From Candidatus Kapaibacterium thiocyanatum (GTDB taxonomy: Bacteria > Bacteroidota > Ignavibacteria > Kapaibacteriales > Kapaibacteriaceae), in contig MKVH01000014.1 in assembly GCA_001899175.1 (NCBI GenBank), forward strand, positions 8,907 through 72,906: DNA of 64,000 nucleotides, given 5' to 3'. This document shows, piece by piece, positions 57,001 to 64,000 of the stretch. Position numbers and translations under genes: made by a program. Below the pieces are notes generated by a model that searched no databases, was not told the origin of the DNA, and saw only the letters and a list, made by a program, of their open reading frames with translations. Position 1 is the stretch's first letter. Each line of letters begins with the position of its first letter.

Positions 57001-58837
57001 CATCGTGCGGACACAGCCGACGGTGGACATCGATCTGCAACCGGGCGAATCCGCGGTCTACGCCGTGGACTTCATTCCATCCGGTGCACAGGACCAGGTG
57101 CGGACGGCTATCCTCAGCGTACGTACGGACGATCCAACGCAGGCCCAGATCGACGTTCCCCTGAGCGGCAGGCAGATCCCCATCGCACTGAACGGCCCGG
57201 CGTCGATAGACCTCGGCACCTCGCAACTCCAGGTGCCGGTCACGAAGCCTGTCGTCTATACGAACAACACGGCCGCTCCGATCAGCGTCGCAGCCGTGCG
57301 GACGTCCGATCCGCAGTTCACCGTCGTACCACAGTCCGTCGTTATCGCACCGGGCGCAGTCCAGCAGTTCGACGTGACCTTCACACCGAACGGGGAAGGA
57401 TCGCAGTCGGCCGATATCTGGTTCGTCTTCGATGCCCCGTGTGCCGATTCGATCCATCTCACGGCGCGCGGCCAGGGAGCGGTCGGCATGCTGTCGGTAC
57501 CCAATGCTCTCAACTTCGGCACGCTCTTCAATTGTCAGTTCAAACGTGACAGTGTGGTCTATCTCAATACCAGTGCCGTCGCCGTGGATCTCATCGACGT
57601 CGGCATCACCGGACCGGATGCGACGTTGTTCACGATCGAGAATCCGGCCGTCGCCACGGCAACGACCTTGCCTGCAGGCGAGCGCGCCATACTCTACGTG
57701 CGATTCGATCCGCGTGCCGTGGCCGATGGATACAAGACGGCGCAGCTGACGCTGCGTGCGCGCATCAACAACCAGCCCACGCGCTTCGTGACGAACCTCA
57801 GCGGCACGCGTCAGACGTCGCTGCCCGGAACGTCGCCGTCGGTCGCCTTCGGTTCCATAGACCTTGGTTCGGCAAGCACACAGACGTTCACCGTGCTGAA
57901 CAACACGACGGTACCGATGCACATCACGGCCGTCACATTGCGAGGCGCTGCCGGTGGTGTCTTCACCGTGACCACTACTCCGGGTGTTCCCGCAACACTC
58001 GCACCAGGCGACCGCATGGACGTCATCGTCCGCTTCGCACCGACCGAGCAACGTTCCTATGCCGACTCCATCGTGTTGTCCTTCGATCTTCCGTGCCCGG
58101 ACGATCGCATCGTTCCCGTGACCGGTACGGGCCGTCTCAATGTCGAAGCCGCCATCATCATGCCGAAGGTTCTGGCCGATCCTGCTGCCGACGACTATTC
58201 GTTGCCGGTGAGCGGCCGCGTGGCGATCGGCACGACGATGCTGGAGAATGCGAATCTCAAGCTGACGATACGCTACGGTTCATCGTTCTTCGTCGCCCGA
58301 CGTCTCTCGACCGGTACGATCACACGCAACGAAGTGATCGGTGGATTCACGTATCTCGATCTCGACATCCCCGGCGTTTCGATCAATACGACGGAAGCGG
58401 TGATCACGAACATCATCGGCGACGTCACGCTCGGGCCGATCGATTCCACGGATCTCGAAATCGTGGCGGCCACGATCGTTGCACCGCCTGCCGCTCCCAC
58501 CGTCCGGCCTGTGAACGGCTGGCTGAAGCTCGACATCTGTCGTGAAGGTGACGATCGTCTCGTACAACGCCGCGGCGCACTGTTCATCGGTACGAATCCG
58601 AATCCCGTCCGCGACGTCGTCAATCTCGACGTCGAAGTCTTCGAGCCCGGGGACCATCATATCATGCTCGTATCGTCGACGGGTGAAGTGCTGTGGTCCG
58701 AAACATGGCAACACGTCGCCGGAGCTCAGCCGCGGTCGATACGCATGAATGCCCAGACGTTCGGCTCGGGCATGTATCAGATCGTTCTCCAGACACCCAC
58801 GAGGCGTCGGGTGAAGTCCCTTCTCATCGTCCACTAA
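54095..58837 (+). CDS. Secreted glycine-rich + multiple ASH/choice-of-anchor-D domains + cohesin-like + T9SS-like CTD
   Basis: Start MTNFL at 54095 with signal ALA-Q. GGxGG-rich block; repeats of FG.I..G.S....N....I....F......L.PG....V.F.P; tail NPNPVRD...FGSGMYQIVL. Confidence 0.82.
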   Translation: MTNFLCALVLTLSAVGALAQPQLSYIIPDIGTTRFGTYVEFIGPANRNGNFGTDGIYLNNPGDAVRIRCVNDGDTLKVKFGPAVVSWSGRMVSSHIYVLPTIVPNSSDWRQLDAAYRIPIVVEVNGQRSNPDTFYIVRPFSFGDKRASADRIIGEGALGQRSRRGAMLIDSALLASGAPYTISMLDPDTQTPGNQAFLPFVLLAVGNITGAPTGTEIRADASGPNGGPGGGGGGGGYGNAPLLGPGQQGTAGGNGYTGGGPGGRNNSGVNGSNSKRKPGIGSGEDLPEAGPNTVGSKSLNGTSGGDSGPAYENAGGGTGHPFGQSGLACDARTSCDPAGQAGGGSGHRDGRRGGAGGFGTDGGSDNGANNGGKTHGNVSLIPLAGGSGGASGNPATLGDVSSPGGGGGGGVSIHAQRLALFDVYSLGAATSRQDVLAGSGSGGGIILGTRLDNAGIGFTSGQAYAPDVTGFLTGGRGRTRYDARVSVSNTYYVGPLTDTMMNSLRVIRLTGWGNGSDLQIYTKGEHGPWIAGPRVSGYSGTWNASFTLPGTDTLYFISVAQNVPLPKRSTYEHDPDWVLSQSSWNIVRIYGPPVIDAATSVNMGRHQCSGDVLLDTLVVHNRGESPLDISGLTWQNNNGFRVISPSSLSQTIQPFDSMDVIVEFSPLAGQNGAISDILSIVSNDTNATRSTYRVTYTADVQKVDLTYRWSGSIIDTLDLGVRCLGAGISENVDVTNSGTLTTTILQVSSSNPNVVNASTNGPLALTVGSTGTIFLTGVVRQTGSALIPVLVRVAECPNPDTLWVRFEGVDANLTVVGTGQFGTIRVGASRQILIELRNDGASDQMVVPPPAVPSPFRIVGMQPMLPALLKPGTSVIITFEYAPLAVGSHTTEVRFVTSAGGRQCSDTAIVVLAGTAVQASLELSKEALIMDPVPLCSRGSDSVTITNRGTASIRLLYPAFVNGPDAASFIVRTQPTVDIDLQPGESAVYAVDFIPSGAQDQVRTAILSVRTDDPTQAQIDVPLSGRQIPIALNGPASIDLGTSQLQVPVTKPVVYTNNTAAPISVAAVRTSDPQFTVVPQSVVIAPGAVQQFDVTFTPNGEGSQSADIWFVFDAPCADSIHLTARGQGAVGMLSVPNALNFGTLFNCQFKRDSVVYLNTSAVAVDLIDVGITGPDATLFTIENPAVATATTLPAGERAILYVRFDPRAVADGYKTAQLTLRARINNQPTRFVTNLSGTRQTSLPGTSPSVAFGSIDLGSASTQTFTVLNNTTVPMHITAVTLRGAAGGVFTVTTTPGVPATLAPGDRMDVIVRFAPTEQRSYADSIVLSFDLPCPDDRIVPVTGTGRLNVEAAIIMPKVLADPAADDYSLPVSGRVAIGTTMLENANLKLTIRYGSSFFVARRLSTGTITRNEVIGGFTYLDLDIPGVSINTTEAVITNIIGDVTLGPIDSTDLEIVAATIVAPPAAPTVRPVNGWLKLDICREGDDRLVQRRGALFIGTNPNPVRDVVNLDVEVFEPGDHHIMLVSSTGEVLWSETWQHVAGAQPRSIRMNAQTFGSGMYQIVLQTPTRRRVKSLLIVH

Positions 58838-58853
58838 TCCAGCATCGCACCTC

Positions 58854-61019
58854 ATGCGCCTTCGGCTTTGTCTTCTTCTTATAGGACTCGTCATGGTTGC
58901 CGGCAACGCGCCCGCACAATTGACGAGATTGAATGCTGAAACTGGACAGAAGGAAGAGCTTCAGTATTATATCGGTGGTTATGGTGCGTTGAACATCAAC
59001 TTCCATACGACCGACTTCGGGACGTTACCCGGTATTCCGTCCTGCTGCAACGAATACAACAACAACTCCAAACTGGGCCCGGCCTTCGGCGCACTTGTGG
59101 AGATCCCTCTCACGCGTCTGCTGCGTCTACAGTTCCGTGCGGGATATTCGACGTTGAGCGGTACGCTGCTCGCGAACGAGACGATCGGCAACGAACCGGT
59201 ACTCGACGATGGCCCGGTACCTACGGAACGTCGTCGCGACATCCGTGTCGAGCATTCGCTCGACGCATCCATTCCGTTGATCGTCGCCGAACCGGCATTG
59301 TCCTTCCAGGTCTTTGACCTCCTCTGGTTCACCGCCGGTATGCGTGGCGCCTTCGCGATGAAGAAGACCTTCGAGCAGAAGGAGACGCTGGTGTCGCCCG
59401 ACGGCTATGTCTTCCTCAACGGTACGGCCGTGCGCAATCAGTATGCGGGAGACATCCCCGACGCCAAGACCTTCCATGTCCATGGAATGTTCGGTCTCGG
59501 CTACGAGATCGCGACGAAGACGAATCTTCGTATCGTTCCCGAAGTGCGCTACTACCTGCCGCTCCACAAGGTGGCCAGTGTCGACTGGGCCGTGCAGTCG
59601 TTCCAGATCGGTGTCGCTCTCAAGTACGGCATCTACGCCCCGGTGGATCCGACGATAAAGAACGATACTATCTACCGCCGCGATACCGTCGTCGTGGAAC
59701 GCCCCGGCATCCGTGAGGACCGCGTCGTACTCACCGACCGTACGTCGTCGGAGGAACGCAATCGCCAGGGTGATGTGGAGTACCGCGTCGCGACGGTCAA
59801 GGAAACGTATACGCGCGAAGTGCCCAAGGCTTACTCGCCCGATATCCAGTTGTCGGCATTCACGACGGACAAGGATGGGGTGGCCGTTCCCGTACGATCG
59901 ATCCGGGTCCAGGAGCTCGACGTCATCGAAAGCTATCCGCTGCTCCCGCAGGTCTTCTTCCCCGAAGGCAGTGCCGATCTGTCCCAGGCTTCGGCATCGA
60001 GACTGACAGCCGACGAGACGCGAGATTTCCGTCCGAACGAACTATCGCGGGACCAGCTCGACGTCTATCGGAACCTGCTCAACGTCGTCGGTTCTCGTAT
60101 GCGCTCGAATCCGAAGCTGAACATCACCGTTACCGGATGTACCAGCAATCAGGGCGTGGAGCAGAACAACCGTCAGCTCGCGAAGGAACGTGCCGACGCC
60201 GTCAAGCAGTATCTCGTTGATGTGTGGGGTGTCGATCAGGGACGCATCGGTACGGCGTCGCGTCTGCTTCCCGCCAATCCCGCGAATCCGCAGAGTGCGG
60301 ACGGACGGCAGGAGAATCAGCGTGTCGAGATCGCGGCGAACGACCTGTCGGCGCTCGAGCCCGTCGAATTCCGCGACCGTGATCTGACGATCACGCCGAA
60401 GGAAGTCAGACTGCGTCCTACCGTGAGCAACGGCGAGGACATCGCATCATGGAACTTCGATCTCAAGCAGAAGGACCGTTCGCTTCTGGCGTCGGAAGAC
60501 AAGGGGCAACCGCGCGAAGTGACGTGGACTCCGTCCGCGACGGATCGCAATCTCAAGGACGACGGTCCTGTCAAGGCTTCGCTGTCCGTGAATAACGGTC
60601 TCGGACAGTCGAAGACGGCGTCGACGGAACTGCCGGTAGACTACGTCTCCCTGCAGACGATCAAATCCAGCTCGGTGGAAGGAAAGCGTATCGAGCGGTA
60701 TTCGCTCATCGTGTTCGACTACAACAGCGCCCAGCTCAACCCGAGTAACCAGCGCCTCATGCAACGCGTGAAGGAACGGATCCAGCTGGATTCGAAGGTC
60801 CGGATCACGGGCTTCGCCGACCGTCAGGGCGAGGCTACCTATAACCGTGAGCTCGCACGTCGCCGGTGTGTCGAGGCACAGCGTGTCCTCGGTATTCCGG
60901 ATTCGCAGGTCACCATCGACCCGCAGGGCAGCGATCGTCTGCTGTACGATAACGACCGCCCGGAGGGACGATCCTATTCGCGTACCGTACAGATCGAGAT
61001 CGAGACGCCGACGCGCTGA
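58854..61019 (+). CDS. OmpA family protein: N-terminal beta-barrel and two OmpA-like peptidoglycan-binding domains
   Basis: Signal peptide; barrel ending FQIGVALKY; ITVTGCTS...NRQLAKERADAVKQYL and ITGFADRQG...NRELARRR...RTVQI. Confidence 0.85.
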   Translation: MRLRLCLLLIGLVMVAGNAPAQLTRLNAETGQKEELQYYIGGYGALNINFHTTDFGTLPGIPSCCNEYNNNSKLGPAFGALVEIPLTRLLRLQFRAGYSTLSGTLLANETIGNEPVLDDGPVPTERRRDIRVEHSLDASIPLIVAEPALSFQVFDLLWFTAGMRGAFAMKKTFEQKETLVSPDGYVFLNGTAVRNQYAGDIPDAKTFHVHGMFGLGYEIATKTNLRIVPEVRYYLPLHKVASVDWAVQSFQIGVALKYGIYAPVDPTIKNDTIYRRDTVVVERPGIREDRVVLTDRTSSEERNRQGDVEYRVATVKETYTREVPKAYSPDIQLSAFTTDKDGVAVPVRSIRVQELDVIESYPLLPQVFFPEGSADLSQASASRLTADETRDFRPNELSRDQLDVYRNLLNVVGSRMRSNPKLNITVTGCTSNQGVEQNNRQLAKERADAVKQYLVDVWGVDQGRIGTASRLLPANPANPQSADGRQENQRVEIAANDLSALEPVEFRDRDLTITPKEVRLRPTVSNGEDIASWNFDLKQKDRSLLASEDKGQPREVTWTPSATDRNLKDDGPVKASLSVNNGLGQSKTASTELPVDYVSLQTIKSSSVEGKRIERYSLIVFDYNSAQLNPSNQRLMQRVKERIQLDSKVRITGFADRQGEATYNRELARRRCVEAQRVLGIPDSQVTIDPQGSDRLLYDNDRPEGRSYSRTVQIEIETPTR

Positions 61020-61064
61020 GCGGAGGAACAGAGCCCGTCGGCATCCCATATCCCGTGGCCGCCG

Positions 61065-62558
61065 CTATGCGACGGCCTGATGTGAATGCGTGGAAGACGA
61101 ACCGTTGGGGATCATGTTCGTCGTCGACCATTCTTTCAGCAACCGACGGATAACTACGTGCATGCCGTCGGTCGACGATTCGAGCCATTGCCGACATATG
61201 TCGTCGATGATGGAAGGCAGGGAACGCCCCGTTCCCCGCACGAGACGTCCCATCGTGCGCAGCAACGAAACGTCGGCACCGGATAGTGCCGCACCGCGTT
61301 CCGTCCTGCGTACGGCCGAACGGATGCAGTACGGTACGTAATCCCTGTTGTCGAGCGCAAGGTGAGTGATCGTATTCACCATGAGCGTCTGACCATGCCA
61401 GTACGGATGCGCCGTTCGACCTGCCTGATCGCTCAGGACATCGTTCACCAGATCGAGCGCATCCTTGTAGCGCAATGTCATGAGACATGCCGTCGCCAGC
61501 CGTACGTTCCATGCGGCACGTGCTGCCGTCGGTAGAGCGCGCCGCGCATCGGAATGTTCGCGTAGTGCCGTATCCACCACTGCATGTGCATTGATCCCCG
61601 CCAGAATGGCCAGGGCGCATTCGGCATCGATGGCCGCGACGCGCGCACGCTGCTTCATGTCGACCGACATGGCTGCGGCTTCGATGGTCCTGGCCAGTGC
61701 CGCCAGCATGCGGAGCGCTTCTCCATCGCCGAGACGGAATGCCGTGTCGTTGCATTCCACGATGGCGTCCGTCCAGTCCAGCACGGCCGTGCCGTGGAGA
61801 TGGGGCGCATGTTGTAGGGAACCGGCGACGTCGCGGATGGCATGACGCTGCCGTTCCGTATCGTTTCGGATGATCGCATGCCGCAGCCCGATACGCAGCC
61901 GGCATATACGTGTACGGACAGACGAACGGACCGTATCGTCGTCGGTACGTGTCTCCAGTTCGATCCATGCACAGTCCTCGGAAGGAATCGTCCTGCGGGC
62001 ATACCATTCGGCAACCCAGGTGGCCGAGCGGGCCAGTACAGACAGTGCATCGTAGGTATCCCGCAGCATATGGATCGCCCGACGTTCTTCCGTCAGTGTC
62101 CGTTCGAGCGTCCGCGATGGAACGTCGGGCAACCGTCGTTGCAGACCGCACAATTCCAGGACGATGCCCGGAAGTTCCAGTCGTTGCGCCTGTTGCAATG
62201 CCTTACGCAGTCGTCGTTCGGCAACGCCCGTACAGCCGCGGCCGAGCAGGAAGGCTATGGCATCGATATCGCTTCTCATGGTGGCTTCGGGCGAAGCCGA
62301 GGACGGAAACCGTTGAAGGCATCCGATGACTTCGTTGATAAGGGTATGTCTGATCACTGCCAGATGCCTGGCACTGACCGTTTCCTTGAAGACGCGGCGA
62401 ACCGCGTCTTCGTCGTACTGCTTCTGCCGACCCAGCGTCTCGAAGAGCGTCAGGTAGTGCGGCTCCTTCAGATGACGTCGTGCGTGAAGGGCGAATGCCC
62501 GTTTCTCAGCCGGCGTCAATGAGCGAATGAGCATGTACAGATCGTCAGTCCTGCCCAT
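61065..62558 (-). CDS. All-helical (TPR-like) hypothetical protein
   Basis: Start MGRTDDLYMLIRSLTPAEKRAF with AAAGGAG upstream; YLTLFE..QKQYDE motif; helical composition. Confidence 0.7.
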   Translation of the reverse strand: MGRTDDLYMLIRSLTPAEKRAFALHARRHLKEPHYLTLFETLGRQKQYDEDAVRRVFKETVSARHLAVIRHTLINEVIGCLQRFPSSASPEATMRSDIDAIAFLLGRGCTGVAERRLRKALQQAQRLELPGIVLELCGLQRRLPDVPSRTLERTLTEERRAIHMLRDTYDALSVLARSATWVAEWYARRTIPSEDCAWIELETRTDDDTVRSSVRTRICRLRIGLRHAIIRNDTERQRHAIRDVAGSLQHAPHLHGTAVLDWTDAIVECNDTAFRLGDGEALRMLAALARTIEAAAMSVDMKQRARVAAIDAECALAILAGINAHAVVDTALREHSDARRALPTAARAAWNVRLATACLMTLRYKDALDLVNDVLSDQAGRTAHPYWHGQTLMVNTITHLALDNRDYVPYCIRSAVRRTERGAALSGADVSLLRTMGRLVRGTGRSLPSIIDDICRQWLESSTDGMHVVIRRLLKEWSTTNMIPNGSSSTHSHQAVA

Positions 62559-62666
62559 GTGCCCTCTCCTTTCGATGCGATCTCCTCCGATACCGCACCA
62601 GGTGTGTGTGCCCCACAACTAAGAACAAGGAGTTGTCGATTTGGTTACCGACTGATTCCGTAATGG

Positions 62667-62674
62667 TATCTTTG
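62667..62674 (+). promoter_or_regulatory. -7 promoter box TATCTTTG, 4 nt before ATG 62679
   Basis: Sequence reads TATCTTTG-gccc-ATG. Confidence 0.6.
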
Positions 62675-62678
62675 GCCC

Positions 62679-64000
62679 ATGCAACGAATCGCTCTTCTCC
62701 TCGCCGCCGTCGCCCTCGTCACCTCATGCAAACAGCAGGGAAGACCTGAAGGAACACTGCATCCAGCCAAGGGTGGAAAGTATCACGGTGGTGTATTCCG
62801 CGTGAACGAGAACGGCGACCTCAGCTCGCTCGATCCCGTGGCCATCAATGACGTGACGTCGGCCCACATCGCAGAGAACATCTACGACAATCTGCTGTCC
62901 TTCGACGAACATCTCGAGCTCGTACCCGAACTCGCGAAGTCGTGGACGGTGTCGGAAGACGGACGTACCTATACCTACCATCTTCACGACGACGTCTACT
63001 TCCATGACGATCCGTGCTTTCCTGGCGGAAAGGGGAGAAAGATGACGGCACATGACGTGAAGTATTCGCTGTCGCGTGCCTGCGATTTCCGTGCGAAGAC
63101 GAAGAGCTACGACTACTTCCGTGGCAAGGTCGATGGCGCCGACGAATACTACGAGTCCACGCACAAGGCGTTCGAACAGGGTGGTGAACCAGGCGTGCGA
63201 GGGGTCAGGGGCTTCGTCGTCGTGGACGATACGACGTTCAGCATCCATCTCGTGAAGCCGTTCGCGCCGTTCAGGCATTACGTGGCACTGACGTCGATGG
63301 GTATCCATGCACGCGAAGCCGTCGAACACTACGGCCGGAACTTCTTCAAGAACCCTGTCGGTACCGGGCCCTTCGAGTTCGTATCGTGGTCGGATGGACG
63401 TGACCTGAGCCTCGTGGCAAACAGGAAGTACTGGAAGTACGATGAAGCGGGCAACAGGCTTCCGCTGCTGGAAGCGGTGCGCTTCACGTTCATGAAGGAT
63501 GACAAGATGCAACTCCTCGAATTCCAGGCAGGCAACCTCGAAGAGTCGTATCGCATCGCCAATGAATTCTTCGGTGACATCGTGGACGAGAACAAGAAGC
63601 CGAAGGGCAAGTATGCGAAGTACAATCTTCTGCATGCCACTGCTGCATCGACACAGTTCTACGGCTTCCTCACGACGGATCCGGTTCTCAAGGACAAGCG
63701 TATACGCCAGGCCTTCAATCTCGCCATCGACCGTCGTCGTATCATTCGTTACGTGCTGCGAGGTCAGGCCGCAGGCCCAGCCGAGCATGGCTTCGTACCA
63801 CCGACGATGCCTGGTTATAGTACGGACAGCGTGAGAGGCTATTCCTTCGATCCCGTCCGTGCCAAACAGCTTCTCGCCGAGGCGGGTTATCCCGATGGAA
63901 AGGGCTTGCCCGAAATCACGTTGCAACTCAATGCGGGAGGCGGGCGAAACATTTCCATCGCCGAAGCCATCCAGGGCATGCTCAAGGAAAACCTGAACGT
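62679..64000 (+). CDS. ABC transporter substrate-binding lipoprotein, family 5 (OppA/DppA-like), 3'-truncated
   Basis: Absent from the ORF track because it runs off the window. Hand translation: MQRIALLLAAVALVTS-C...DLSSLDP...PELAKSWTVSEDGRTYTYHL...PVGTGPF...RQAFNLAIDR. Confidence 0.92.
   Translation, partial: MQRIALLLAAVALVTSCKQQGRPEGTLHPAKGGKYHGGVFRVNENGDLSSLDPVAINDVTSAHIAENIYDNLLSFDEHLELVPELAKSWTVSEDGRTYTYHLHDDVYFHDDPCFPGGKGRKMTAHDVKYSLSRACDFRAKTKSYDYFRGKVDGADEYYESTHKAFEQGGEPGVRGVRGFVVVDDTTFSIHLVKPFAPFRHYVALTSMGIHAREAVEHYGRNFFKNPVGTGPFEFVSWSDGRDLSLVANRKYWKYDEAGNRLPLLEAVRFTFMKDDKMQLLEFQAGNLEESYRIANEFFGDIVDENKKPKGKYAKYNLLHATAASTQFYGFLTTDPVLKDKRIRQAFNLAIDRRRIIRYVLRGQAAGPAEHGFVPPTMPGYSTDSVRGYSFDPVRAKQLLAEAGYPDGKGLPEITLQLNAGGGRNISIAEAIQGMLKENLN

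Noticed and set aside
1-64000. tRNA, rRNA, CRISPR arrays, transposases
   Set aside because: None recognised; intergenic spaces are short. tRNAscan/Infernal were not run, so small ncRNAs cannot be excluded.

Overview
GC-rich (about 60% in sampled housekeeping lines) bacterial chromosomal window. It is probably from the FCB superphylum, possibly Kapabacteria/Ignavibacteria-like. This is inferred from TAnnTTTG-type promoter boxes, T9SS-like C-terminal domains and ASH/choice-of-anchor-D repeat proteins. The first 17 kb is a co-oriented accessory locus: an FG-GAP/ASPIC protein (5'-truncated), a Skp/OmpH chaperone, a 2178-aa SpvB/YD-repeat protein with no RHS core, a small Cys-rich secreted protein, and a ~2540-aa RHS protein. 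The RHS protein has a ~1000-aa Cys-rich insertion and a C-terminal tip carrying the motifs of parvovirus-type phospholipase A2 (YIGPWN...DxxAxxHDxxY...AD). A translationally coupled lipoprotein follows and is the candidate immunity gene. The locus reads as a Sec-exported, split TcB/TcC-like polymorphic toxin system, with no TcA, VgrG or PAAR gene in the window. The rest is mostly housekeeping (two APC permeases, AddA-like helicase-nuclease, M16 peptidase, pyrC, elbB, fmt, miaE, leuS, xerC, late kynurenine-pathway enzymes, an ABC substrate-binding protein). It also holds two giant ASH-repeat surface proteins and an output-less CHASE2 operon. Two regulatory signals are visible: a leader-peptide/antiterminator/terminator attenuator upstream of an MFS transporter (42174-42362), and three genes whose ATG sits exactly 4 nt after a -7 promoter box (probably leaderless). 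No rRNA, tRNA, CRISPR array or transposase was recognised. All family assignments come from motif recognition by eye, not from database searches.
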